Shown: one piece after another, positions 37,182-46,452 of the stretch
How the letters are laid out: each line of letters begins with the position of its first letter
How positions within the stretch are numbered: the stretch's first letter is position 1
Assembly (NCBI GenBank): GCA_033722155.1
Contig: JAWVZN010000005.1
Location: 8,770-72,769 of the forward strand
Source: Gemmatimonadota bacterium
GTDB lineage: Bacteria; Gemmatimonadota; Gemmatimonadetes; JACCXV01; JAHWKZ01
Direction of reading: 5' to 3'
DNA length: 64,000 nucleotides
Translations under genes and position numbers: made by a program
The notes under the pieces: generated by a model
Told to the model about the DNA's origin: nothing
The model's input: only the letters and a program-made list of their open reading frames with translations
The model's database searches: none

Positions 37182-38301
37182 TCAGGGCGACTCCGACGCT
37201 CCCGCCGTCTGTCGGAGCCAGGCCTCCATGAACTCGGTGATCTCTCCATCGAGCACCCTGTCGACATCGGAGGTCTCCTGATCGGTGCGATGGTCCTTCA
37301 CCATCGTGTAGGGATGGAGCACGTAGGAGCGGATCTGGCTGCCGAACGCGATCTGCTTCTTCTCCGCCTCGAGCTCCTCCCGGGACTTCTCCTGCTCCGC
37401 CTTGTAGAACTGGTAGAGCCGCGAGCGCAGGAGGCGCATCGCGATCTCCCGGTTGCGGTGCTGGCTCCGCTCGGCCTGGCTCTGGACCACGATCCCCGTC
37501 GGCTCGTGGGTGATCCTCACCGCCGAATCCGTCTTGTTGACGTGCTGTCCGCCGGCTCCGCTGGCGCGATAGGTGTCGACCTTGAGGTCCTTGTCCTGGA
37601 TCTCCACCGTGATCTCGTCGGCGACGTCCGGATATACGAACACCGAGGCGAACGAGGTGTGGCGGCGGGCGTTGGCGTCGAAGGGACTGATCCGGACCAG
37701 CCGATGAACCCCCTTCTCCGCCTTGAGGTAGCCGTAGGCGTACTCTCCCTCCGCCTCCACCGTGGCGCGGGTAATCCCCGCCTCCTCTCCCTGCTGGAGG
37801 TCGACGACCTGGAACTCGTACTCGTTGGCCTCGAGCCACCGGGTGTACATGCGCAGCAGCATGGCGGCCCAATCCTGGCTCTCGGTCCCCCCGGCGCCGG
37901 GATGGATCGTCAGGATGGCGCCGCGATGGTCGTCGGGGTCGCGGAGCATGCCTCGGAACTCGTACCGCTCGACCCGATCGATCAGACTCTCCAACATCCC
38001 GTCGAACTCGGCGGTCAGCGCCCCCTCCTCGTCCTCCTCCAGAAGGGGCAGCATCTCCCGCGCCTCGTCGAGATCCCGCTTGAGGTCGTCGAAGGCCTCG
38101 ACCCAGCGACGGTGCCGGTCGAGCTCGGTCAGGATGTCGCGCGCCCGCTCGTTGTCGTCCCAGAAGTCGGGCTCCGTCGAGGCGCGCTGAAGCGTCTCTA
38201 TCCGCTCCCGCTTCGCGGACAGGTCAAAGATAGCTCCCGAGGAGATCGAGCCGCTCCTCTAAGACTTCGATCGTATCCCGGTACCCGCGTACGTCGCTCA
38301 T
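37182..38301 (-). CDS. prfB: Peptide chain release factor 2, requiring a programmed +1 frameshift at CUU UGA C (~38224-38231).
   Basis: Frame 0 is ATG...MSDVRGYRDTIEVLEERLDLLGSYL, then TGA. Frame +1 continues DLSAKRERIETLQRASTEPDFW... into the SPF and GGQ (SGAGGQHVN) domains. An internal SD GGGAGC lies 3 nt before CUU. Confidence 0.85.
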
Positions 38302-39320
38302 CTCTCTTCCGAAGTTAGGCGATCCCCGCCGTCCCCGCCGGCCCCCCCGGGTTCGTCGGTCGAGGCCGCAGCGTCCTCCTCCAGGGGTCGATCGCTGCGG
38401 CGATCGACCACGAACACCGAGCCAGGCAGGGTCTTGGCGTACGACTTCATCTCGCTGGCGAGCTCGCTGACCCGCCCGGGATGGGTGAAGATCCGCTTCA
38501 CGTTCGTCACGCAGCCGATCGAAAGCGTCATGAGGCCGATCCTGCGGACGTTGCCCTGCCGATCCTCCGCCAGGAAGTACCCCCGCTCGCGATCCTCCTC
38601 GGTGTACTGCAGCGGCATCAGGGTGTCGAACGTGTCCAGAATCTTCTCCGACACCGGTCGCATCTCGTCGACCGGCACGGTGAAGATGAAGTCGTCGCCC
38701 CCGACGTGGCCCACGAAGCCGCGCGGAGAAAGGCGGCGGACGATGTCACGCAGGATCATGGACACGATCCAGATCACCCGGTCGCCCCGATGGTAGGAGT
38801 ACTTGTCGTTGAATTCCTTGAAGGCGTCGATGTCGGCGTAGCACACCGCGAACTTCTCGCCGCTCGCCACCCTGCGGGAGATCTCGTGCTGGATGATTCG
38901 GGTGCCGGGCAGCATCGTGGTGGGGTTGAGCGAGACGTCCCGGGCGGCGCGCTCGAGAACCATCGCGAGGCGCAGCCGTTGCTCCCGCTCCGAATGGCTG
39001 CCGTTGAGGAACTCGTCGGCGCCGCTCTCGAAGGCGACCTCGATCTGGTCGATCTCGTTCCTCCGGGAGTGGAAGACGACCGGCACCACCGAGTTGAAGG
39101 GATCCGACTTCATCCGGCTGCACAGCGAGACCGCCTCGTCGAAGTCGTGGTCGGCGTCGACGACGACGAGCTCGACGATTCCCCGGGCCAGCGCCTGCTC
39201 CACCTCGTCCGGGGACGACAGGGTCGTCAGGCTCCCGTCCTCCTGGGAGTCGACCAGCGTCTCGAGCGGAGCGGGGGGGGCGGCCTGGGGGGAGAGATAG
39301 AGCGCCCGAGGGCTACTCAT
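38298..39320 (-). CDS. Response-regulator-like GGDEF domain protein (diguanylate cyclase family; signature variant GGDDF).
   Basis: N-terminal REC-like fold (VELVVVDADHD) and a C-terminal GGDEF domain (ADIDAFKEFNDKYSYHRGDRVI ... GHVGGDDFIF). Confidence 0.75.
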   Translation of the reverse strand: MSSPRALYLSPQAAPPAPLETLVDSQEDGSLTTLSSPDEVEQALARGIVELVVVDADHDFDEAVSLCSRMKSDPFNSVVPVVFHSRRNEIDQIEVAFESGADEFLNGSHSEREQRLRLAMVLERAARDVSLNPTTMLPGTRIIQHEISRRVASGEKFAVCYADIDAFKEFNDKYSYHRGDRVIWIVSMILRDIVRRLSPRGFVGHVGGDDFIFTVPVDEMRPVSEKILDTFDTLMPLQYTEEDRERGYFLAEDRQGNVRRIGLMTLSIGCVTNVKRIFTHPGRVSELASEMKSYAKTLPGSVFVVDRRSDRPLEEDAAASTDEPGGAGGDGGDRLTSEER

Positions 39321-40500
39321 CGTATTCCAGGTCCGGTCGGACCGGGGGCTCGATCTCCTTCACGTATTGACGCATTCCCCGGGTGGTGCACACCCGGCTC
39401 GGCTCTCCCGTCTCCGCCTCGACGACGTACAGCAGCTTCAGCTGCGGCCATTTCTCGGCGAGCCGGCACTCCACCCCCTGACCGAGCACGAGCATGGCGG
39501 TGGAGAGGATGTCGCTCGTCAGGGCGTCGGGGGCATAGACGGTGACGCTCGCGAGCCCCCGGGTGGGGTATCCGGTCCGCGGATCCAGGACGTGCCCGTA
39601 CTGTACCTCGTCGACCTCCACGACCCTCGCGTAGGGCGAGGAGGTGGACACGCCACCCGAGGGAACCTCCAGCCGGGCGTACGCCCGTCCGGGCGAGTAG
39701 GGGTCCGGGACCGAGACCGGCCAGAGGTCCCCCCTGGTCCCGATGCCCGGGCCGAAGAATCGCTGATCGCCGTCGATGTCGGCGACGCCTCCGATCGCAC
39801 CCGCCTGCTGCATCGCGTCCACCGAACGGTCGAGCGCGAAGCCGCGGGCGGCAGCCCGGAGGTCGAGCTCCATCCCGGGCTCGGTCAGGAACACCGTGCT
39901 CTCCGCCGGATCGTGGCGCACCTTGCGCCAGCCGACCCGCCGCATCGCCTCGGCGACGTGTGCCGAGTCCGGGGTCGCGCCGGCTCCACGGCCGAAACCC
40001 CATACGTCGAGCAGCGGAGCGACCGTGGGATCGAACGCGCCCTGGGTGCGCCGGGCCCAGTCGAGGGAGGCGGCGACGATCGTCTCGGTCCACGGGCTCA
40101 CCCGCACCGGCTCCCGACCGGCCGCAGCGTTGATCGCGAGCACCTCGCTCGTCTCCCGATGGAGGCCGACCAGGTGATCCACGGAGTCGGCGGCCGCGAA
40201 GGCCGCCTCGATCGCGGAGACGGCCGCCGCCGAGTCGGACCCGGCCACCGTGATCCGAAGCTCTCCGTCGAGGACGCGGTGGCTCCGGGTGATCACCGTG
40301 CCGGGGAGCTCTTCGTACATCGCCTGGACCGCCCGGGTGACGGGCAGACGCTCCCCCCGCACCTGCTGTCCACCACCGCACGCCGCCGTCGGGATCCAGA
40401 GCAGGAGGGCCAGGCAGCCCGGCACGAGAGGGTGGATCCCGTTTCGGATTCCGTGGAATCGCATACCGTGAAATTGGAGGAAGGAGGTTCGCGCGCGCAA
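39313..40500 (-). CDS. apbE: FAD:protein FMN transferase (ApbE family) lipoprotein. The TTG at 40500 is preceded by a GGGAGG SD; an alternative ATG lies at 40464.
   Basis: LWIPTAAC lipobox and ApbE family core motifs; 8-nt overlap with the GGDEF gene. Confidence 0.7.
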   Translation of the reverse strand: MRARTSFLQFHGMRFHGIRNGIHPLVPGCLALLLWIPTAACGGGQQVRGERLPVTRAVQAMYEELPGTVITRSHRVLDGELRITVAGSDSAAAVSAIEAAFAAADSVDHLVGLHRETSEVLAINAAAGREPVRVSPWTETIVAASLDWARRTQGAFDPTVAPLLDVWGFGRGAGATPDSAHVAEAMRRVGWRKVRHDPAESTVFLTEPGMELDLRAAARGFALDRSVDAMQQAGAIGGVADIDGDQRFFGPGIGTRGDLWPVSVPDPYSPGRAYARLEVPSGGVSTSSPYARVVEVDEVQYGHVLDPRTGYPTRGLASVTVYAPDALTSDILSTAMLVLGQGVECRLAEKWPQLKLLYVVEAETGEPSRVCTTRGMRQYVKEIEPPVRPDLEYDE

Positions 40501-40512
40501 GGCGGAGCCTCC

Positions 40513-41364
40513 CTACGTGCCCCCCCTCCCTTCGTCCTCCAACAGCCGCATCTCGCTCTCCTCCCGGATCTTCACCACGCGTCGAACCGGCCGATCCCCG
40601 TCCAGCCGGACCTTCGTCATCGTGGCGTCGGCGTCGGACTCCACCCGCAGCACGACCCCCCGACGGTGCGCGAAATGGATCTCCCCCCGGACGCGCATCC
40701 GCTGCTCCAGCGAGACGGGCGCGTCCTCCACCCCGTCCCTCTCTCCCGCGGGATCGGAGACGGGCAGGTAGATGTCTCCGTCGAAGGCGATCACCGCCAC
40801 CGGCTCTCCCGAGGACCCGGTCAGCTCCTTCAGCACGTAGGTCGAGGAGGTCGATACCGTCTCCTCGTCCGGGCCGAGGACCTTGGTCTCCTGCGTCCAG
40901 CTGTCCCCGACCTCCATCGGGCGGTCGGGGAAGACCGGCTGCGCCTGCTCGAAGTACGACTGGAAGTCGACGTCCCCGAATAACGGGCGGGCGGCCTCCA
41001 CCCCGCGCACGTCGAGAACCCGGCCTCGCGGGGTCATCTCCAGCCGGAAGGAGATCGGCCCCGGGGGATGACGTTCGCTCGCGGAGTCCGCCACCGGCCG
41101 GTACGTCATCCGGAGCAGGTACCTCTCCCGGGGGGTCACCTCGGCCGCCACCAGCTCGATCCGCATCCTCTTCTCGTAGGAGCGCTCGGCGGGCTCGCCG
41201 GCGGCACCGGTGTCGGGGGCGGTGACGTGACCGCTGGCGTGATAGGCGTAGCGGAGGGTGTCGCCCTCGGCGTAGGAGAAGCGCAGCCGCACCCCTTCGG
41301 CGCCCTCGTCCACCCCGCAACCGAGCGCGGCCAGCGCCGCGCACAGCCATGCGAGCCGATTCAT
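40513..41364 (-). CDS. Hypothetical lipoprotein co-transcribed with the anti-sigma factor (ATGA overlap).
   Basis: Signal plus lipobox MNRLAWLCAALAALGC; no known domain. Confidence 0.45.
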   Translation of the reverse strand: MNRLAWLCAALAALGCGVDEGAEGVRLRFSYAEGDTLRYAYHASGHVTAPDTGAAGEPAERSYEKRMRIELVAAEVTPRERYLLRMTYRPVADSASERHPPGPISFRLEMTPRGRVLDVRGVEAARPLFGDVDFQSYFEQAQPVFPDRPMEVGDSWTQETKVLGPDEETVSTSSTYVLKELTGSSGEPVAVIAFDGDIYLPVSDPAGERDGVEDAPVSLEQRMRVRGEIHFAHRRGVVLRVESDADATMTKVRLDGDRPVRRVVKIREESEMRLLEDEGRGGT

Positions 41365-41870
41365 CTGCGCTCGGCCATGCCGGCGAGCACGAGGCCCTTG
41401 GACAGCGGGTCGACGCTCCCCACGCCGACGCTGATCCGCTCGAAGAAGCGGTACTGCTCGTCCCACTCCGCCTCTCCGATCGCCCCCGCGGCCGGCGCGT
41501 CGGCGACGGGAAGGACGGTCTCCTCCGGATCGGCGGGTCGGGTCGCCATCCACCCTCCGACCAGCAGGCCGAGCACCGTCGCCGCGGCCGCCAGCGGGGG
41601 GAGGATCCCTCCTGGACGCCTCCGGGTGGGACGGGAATCGTCGCGCCCTCCGACCTGGAGGCGGCTCCACACCCCGCTCCAGTACCCGGCCGGCGGCCGC
41701 GAGGTCGTCTCGCCGTACCGCCGCAGGGCTCCGACGACGACTGCGCACTCGTCGCGCAACCGCCGGCACCGATCGCATCGCCACAGATGGACGCGAAGCG
41801 ACCTCGCCCGCGGCTCGTCGACCCGGTCGTCGAGCAGCGCGTAGATGGTCTCCGCGTCGAGGTGATTCAT
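41361..41870 (-). CDS. Putative zinc-finger anti-sigma factor (zf-HC2) with one TM segment.
   Basis: HLWRCDRCRR (Hx3Cx2C) and a mid-protein TM helix ILPPLAAAATVLGLLVGGWM; immediately downstream of the ECF sigma. Confidence 0.55.
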   Translation of the reverse strand: MNHLDAETIYALLDDRVDEPRARSLRVHLWRCDRCRRLRDECAVVVGALRRYGETTSRPPAGYWSGVWSRLQVGGRDDSRPTRRRPGGILPPLAAAATVLGLLVGGWMATRPADPEETVLPVADAPAAGAIGEAEWDEQYRFFERISVGVGSVDPLSKGLVLAGMAERR

Positions 41871-41946
41871 CGGCGTTCCACGTCTTCCCGAAGGTTCCCG
41901 GCCCACCTACAGGACGAATCCGGCCGGTGGACGTTCAATCGGCCCG

Positions 41947-42567
41947 TTACTCCGACGGACTCCCGGGCCGCCGGAACCGCTTCAGCGAGCGCCGCAGCTT
42001 CTCCCGGCCGTAGAAGAGGTTGGACCGGACCGTCGCCCGGGGGCACCCGCACCGCTCCGCGACCTCCTCGGTCGAGAGGCCTTCCACGTCGTGGAGAAGC
42101 ACGACTTCCCGCTGCCGCGGGGGGAGCGCCCGGATGGCCCGCTCCAGGTGGGCGAAGAACTCCCGCTCCTGCACGCCCCGGTCCGGTGGGGCGAACCCGC
42201 CGGGCATCGCCTCTTGCCCGTGGGTCGCCTCCTCCTCGAACTCCACCGTGCGCTCCCGGCTCCGGATCTGGTCGAGGGCGGTGTTGACCACGATCCGCCT
42301 CGCCCAGGAGTAGAAGGCTGTCGGGCTGGTGAGGCCGTCCAGGTTCCGGTAGATCTTCACGAGCGCCTCCTGCAGGACGTCGTCGGCGTCCTCGTGGGAG
42401 CCCGCGAACCGACGCGCGATCCCGTACAGGAAGTCCCGGTAGGCGGTGACCAGGTCCCGGAAGGCCCGGGGATCCCCGTCGCGGGCTCGCTCCACCAGCT
42501 CGCGGGTGGCCTCCCGGGCGTCCGAGCGGCCGGCTTCGGCGCGGCGCCGTCGGGTGTCCCCGGTCAA
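41947..42567 (-). CDS. ECF-type RNA polymerase sigma-70 factor. Its TTG start overlaps the upstream stop (TTGA).
   Basis: Region 2 (DLVTAYRDFLYGIARRF...DDVLQEALVKIY) and region 4 (REVVLLHDVEGLSTEEVAERCGCPRATVRSNL). Confidence 0.8.
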   Translation of the reverse strand: MTGDTRRRRAEAGRSDAREATRELVERARDGDPRAFRDLVTAYRDFLYGIARRFAGSHEDADDVLQEALVKIYRNLDGLTSPTAFYSWARRIVVNTALDQIRSRERTVEFEEEATHGQEAMPGGFAPPDRGVQEREFFAHLERAIRALPPRQREVVLLHDVEGLSTEEVAERCGCPRATVRSNLFYGREKLRRSLKRFRRPGSPSE

Positions 42568-44291
42568 GAGGCCTTGCCCCGCATCCCCCGCTCCTCCACC
42601 CCGAGGACCCACGCCGCCACCCGGCCGACCGGAAGCTTCTCCCCGGGCTGCCAGTAGTCGCGATCCTCGAACGTCGCCGAAGAGGAGTCGTCCCCGGGCA
42701 GCCGGTCCAGTTCCTCCAGGATGCGGCGGGCCCGCTCCCGCCACCGCTCGAAGTTCGCCGACACGAGATCCACCCAGCCGTCCCGGGCCCACCGCTCGAT
42801 CACCTCGGGGCCGAGCTCCGCCCGGGCCTCCCCCTTGTAGGGCGGGATCTTGATCTCGGGACCCCGCAGGACCCGCCCGTCGGGCAACCGGATCGGGATC
42901 CCGATCGAGAGGATCCGGGCCCGGAGGCCCGCCTCCCGCTCGACCAGGTCCGCGCACTCCGCGCTCGTCGTCTCGGGATCGGATCCGGCGAGGGCGGCCA
43001 GGGAGCCGCGGGTGCGCCGCAGCAGATACGCCTCGTACAGCAGCTTCGACAGCCGGGGCGGGCCGAGCATCTCGAACGCGATCGAGTCGACCCCGTGCTC
43101 GTGCTCGAGCCGGCGCATCTCCTCGAGGGCGCGATGGCGCATCACGCCGGCACGATAGGTGGGGCCCAGGGTGGCGCCGTCGAGCGCGGCGACCACCTCC
43201 CGCCCCGTGGTACCTCCCCTCAGCTCGAGCAGCACGTTCGCTGCGATCTCCTCCGGGGTGACGTACTCCATCTGGCCGAGCGCGGTCACCGTCTCGAACT
43301 CCTCGCAGGCGAACATCCCGTTCTCGCCGGTGTCGATGAACACCGATTCGAGCACTCTCCGGCGGCCCTCCTCGTCGACGAGCCTCCGCCAGCTCCGGAC
43401 GTCCTCCTCGATCGCCGAGCGGGGGGACATCGCGTCCTCGGGGACGCAGTCGTACAGCTCGATCGGATCCCCGCCCCGGAGGACGGGGCCGGCGTCGATC
43501 CGCTTCCACGCGATCGCCGCGCTGGGCTTGATCTCCTTGACGATGGGGGCGTCCGGGGTGCGGGCGAGCAGGTAGAGGAGCATGGAGTGGGCGCCCGCCA
43601 CCGACGATTTTGAAAGCAGCACCCGGCTCGGACGCTCCTCGGAGTGGGTGTAGGGAATGTTGAGCCCCATCCCCCCGGTGCCGGTGGTCCCGATCTTCAG
43701 GTACGCCTCGGTACCGGCCTCGCGGAGCCCCTCCCGCACGATCTGGACGTGACGGATGAGCTGGGGCAGCGACAGCGTGGTGAGGTGGCCCTCCACCGCC
43801 TCCCGCATCGCGTCCGCGTCGGCGTCCCCCGCGTGGAACCACCCCATCGCCTCCTGGATCCGCCGCACGCTGTAGAAGACGTCCTGGTACGCGAAGGCGG
43901 TGGCGGTGTTGATGCAGTCGATCACGATCTCGGGGGCGTGCTCCACCAGAAGGCGGTACAGGGCCGACTCCCGGAGCATCTCCTCGTCGAGCTCGGCCAT
44001 CGTGTCCTCGATGATCGCGCGGCGAGTCTCGCGCGAGGCGAGCAGCTCGGCGCGGGAGCGATCCTTCAGCTCCTCGCGCACGAAGACGTTCCCCCACGCC
44101 GGGACGAACCGCACCCCAGCGTCCTCGAAACGCTGGCTCAGCGCACCGACCGCCTCGTCCGCCTCCTCGGACCGCAGCGAATGAACGACGATCTCCGAGG
44201 GTCGCTCCCGCTCCACCAGCTCCCGGGCGATGGCCGAGCCGACCAGGCCCCATCCTCCGAGGATCATCACCGTCTTGTCCCTCAGGTCCAC
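42564..44291 (-). CDS. Uncharacterised 575-aa protein with an N-terminal NAD(P)-binding Rossmann fold. GTG start.
   Basis: MILGGWGLVGSAIARELV carries a GxGxxG motif; the rest has no family I can name. Translationally coupled to the ECF sigma. Confidence 0.5.
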   Translation of the reverse strand: MDLRDKTVMILGGWGLVGSAIARELVERERPSEIVVHSLRSEEADEAVGALSQRFEDAGVRFVPAWGNVFVREELKDRSRAELLASRETRRAIIEDTMAELDEEMLRESALYRLLVEHAPEIVIDCINTATAFAYQDVFYSVRRIQEAMGWFHAGDADADAMREAVEGHLTTLSLPQLIRHVQIVREGLREAGTEAYLKIGTTGTGGMGLNIPYTHSEERPSRVLLSKSSVAGAHSMLLYLLARTPDAPIVKEIKPSAAIAWKRIDAGPVLRGGDPIELYDCVPEDAMSPRSAIEEDVRSWRRLVDEEGRRRVLESVFIDTGENGMFACEEFETVTALGQMEYVTPEEIAANVLLELRGGTTGREVVAALDGATLGPTYRAGVMRHRALEEMRRLEHEHGVDSIAFEMLGPPRLSKLLYEAYLLRRTRGSLAALAGSDPETTSAECADLVEREAGLRARILSIGIPIRLPDGRVLRGPEIKIPPYKGEARAELGPEVIERWARDGWVDLVSANFERWRERARRILEELDRLPGDDSSSATFEDRDYWQPGEKLPVGRVAAWVLGVEERGMRGKAS

Positions 44292-44337
44292 GACGGACCC
44301 TCCTCTCCCTTGGAGTCTGCCCGATCGTCGCTCCCGC

Positions 44338-45084
44338 TCACCGGGGCGTCAGCTCCACGAGCGCGAGCAGCCGCTCCACCTCCCCGGCCTCCAGCCACCG
44401 CCACCGGCCCGGCTCCTCGATCCCCTCCAGCGTCACGAAACCGTACCGCACCCGGACCAGCCGCTCCACCCTCCCCCCGCAGGCGGCCACGATCCGCCGC
44501 ACCTCCCGGTTTCGCCCCTCGGTGAGGACGATCTCCACCGTTCCGTCCTCCACCCGGGCGTCGAACGGGGCGGTGCGGCCGTCCTCCAGCTCGATGCCGT
44601 CCTCCGCGCCGCGCGACAGCGCGGTCTCGTCGAGGGCACCGCTCACCTCCGCCCGATACTCCCGCTCCACCTCCCACCGCGGATGCGTCAGCCGGTGGGC
44701 GAGCTCGCCGTGCGTGGTGAAGAGAAGCAGCCCCTCGGTGTCCCGGTCGAGACGGCCCACGTAGATCAGGCGGGCGTCCTCCGGCTCGGGGATCCCCTCG
44801 TACACGGTCCGGCGACCGCCCGGGTCCGATCGGGCGGTGATCGTCCCCTCGGGCTTGTTCAGCGCCAGCGCACGCGACGGCTCGGGCGAGGTCGCCGCCC
44901 AGCGCGGCCGGACGGCCTCTCCGCGGACCACCACCTCGTCCTCGCCGGGCTCCACCCGGCTTCCCGGCTCGGTCACCACGCGGCCGTTGACGGCCACCAG
45001 CCCCGCGGCGATCAGATCCTCGCTCTTGCGGCGGGAGGCCACCCCCGCCTGCGCCAGGTACCGGGAGAGCCGGACGCGGTCCAA
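44338..45084 (-). CDS. rluB: 23S rRNA pseudouridine synthase (RsuA/RluB family). TTG start.
   Basis: S4 domain (RLSRYLAQAGVASRRKSEDLI) and the catalytic GRLDRDTEGLLL motif. Confidence 0.7.
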   Translation of the reverse strand: MDRVRLSRYLAQAGVASRRKSEDLIAAGLVAVNGRVVTEPGSRVEPGEDEVVVRGEAVRPRWAATSPEPSRALALNKPEGTITARSDPGGRRTVYEGIPEPEDARLIYVGRLDRDTEGLLLFTTHGELAHRLTHPRWEVEREYRAEVSGALDETALSRGAEDGIELEDGRTAPFDARVEDGTVEIVLTEGRNREVRRIVAACGGRVERLVRVRYGFVTLEGIEEPGRWRWLEAGEVERLLALVELTPR

Positions 45085-45086
45085 GG

Positions 45087-45698
45087 CTATTCGCTGTCCT
45101 CCTCCTCGCCTTCGAGGTCGAGCTCGGACTGGTGCTCGCGATCGGCGAACAGGACCTCGAGCTCCTCGGGCCGGGGAAGGGCGTCCAGCCCCGGCAGGCC
45201 GAAGTAGGAGAGGAAGTGGTCGGTGGTCGCGTACAGGAGGGGTCGGCCGATCCCCTCCTCGCGCCCGGCGATCCGGACCAGCTCGCGACCGAGCAGGGTG
45301 CGGAGCACCCCGTCCACCGACACCCCCCGGATCGACTCGAGCTCGGCCCGGGTCACCGGCTGCTTGTACGCGACGATCGCGAGCGTCTCGAGCGCCGCCT
45401 GGGAGAGCCTGGGCGGGGCCCCCGCGCTCTCGAGACGCCGGATCCACTCGGCGTATTCGGGACGGGTGACGAGCTGCCAGCCTCCGGCGATCGGGGCGAT
45501 GCGGAACGCCCGTCCCTCCCGAAGGTAGTCGGCGTTGAGCTCCTCGATCAGGTCCTCGACGAGTCCCGGGGCGGCCTCCTCCAGGAGGTCGGCCAGCCGC
45601 CTGCTCGACACCGGCTCCTCGGCGGCGAACAGCATCGCCTCGACGATCGCCTTCGTGCGGTCCTCGCTCGCCGGTCCGGGCGCGCGGGCGTCACCCAT
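45087..45698 (-). CDS. scpB: Segregation and condensation protein B.
   Basis: 203 aa with two winged-helix repeats (IVEAMLFAAEEPVS...) and an acidic C-terminus. Confidence 0.85.
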   Translation of the reverse strand: MGDARAPGPASEDRTKAIVEAMLFAAEEPVSSRRLADLLEEAAPGLVEDLIEELNADYLREGRAFRIAPIAGGWQLVTRPEYAEWIRRLESAGAPPRLSQAALETLAIVAYKQPVTRAELESIRGVSVDGVLRTLLGRELVRIAGREEGIGRPLLYATTDHFLSYFGLPGLDALPRPEELEVLFADREHQSELDLEGEEEDSE

Positions 45699-46452
45699 CG
45701 TCGCGCAGGCGGTGGGCGTAGACGTGGATCTCGCCGAAGGATTCGGACTGGCGGAGCCGGATCTCGCGCTCCCGCGCCATCTCCAGCAGGGCCACGAAGG
45801 TCACGATCCAGTGGGTTCTCGGCTCCTCGGGCAGGAACAGCTCGGAGAACGTGACCCGTTCGTCGCGACGGAGCCGCTCGCGGACGAAGGCGGCCTTCTC
45901 CTCGATCGTGACGGCGATCGGCTCGAGCCGGTGGATCCGGTCGGCCGCCTCGCGGCGGGAGAGCTCCGCGAACGCCCGCAGGAGATCGGAGAGCGAGGCG
46001 CGGCGCTCCGGGTCCGGCTCCGGGGGTCGATCGGCGTCGGGGGCCTCGATCGCCTCCCGGTATCCCCTGGCGAACACGAGCCGGCGATCCGCCTCGTGGT
46101 CCCGGAGATGATCGGCGATCTCCCGGAACTGCTGGTACTCGATGATCTTGAGGACCAGCTCTCGCCGCGGATCCTCGATCTCCTCCTCGTCCTCGTCGGG
46201 CCGCGGGAGCAGCATCCTCGATTTGATCCGGAGCAGCGTCGCGGCCATGAGCAGGAACTCGCCGGCGTGCTCCAGCCGCTCGGGCGTCATCGCATCGACG
46301 TAGCCGAGGAACTGCTCGGTCACGAGCGCGATCGGGATGTCCCAGATGTCGATCTCGTTCTGCTGAACGAGGTAGACGAGAAGGTCGAGCGGCCCCTCGA
46401 AGTCGAGGTTCTCGAGCCTTACCCGGTGTCCGGCCGACGGGTCGCCCGCCAT
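45691..46452 (-). CDS. scpA: Segregation and condensation protein A.
   Basis: LDFEGPLDLLVYLVQQNEIDIWDIPIA is the ScpA N-terminus; 8-nt overlap with scpB. Confidence 0.8.
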   Translation of the reverse strand: MAGDPSAGHRVRLENLDFEGPLDLLVYLVQQNEIDIWDIPIALVTEQFLGYVDAMTPERLEHAGEFLLMAATLLRIKSRMLLPRPDEDEEEIEDPRRELVLKIIEYQQFREIADHLRDHEADRRLVFARGYREAIEAPDADRPPEPDPERRASLSDLLRAFAELSRREAADRIHRLEPIAVTIEEKAAFVRERLRRDERVTFSELFLPEEPRTHWIVTFVALLEMAREREIRLRQSESFGEIHVYAHRLRDDG

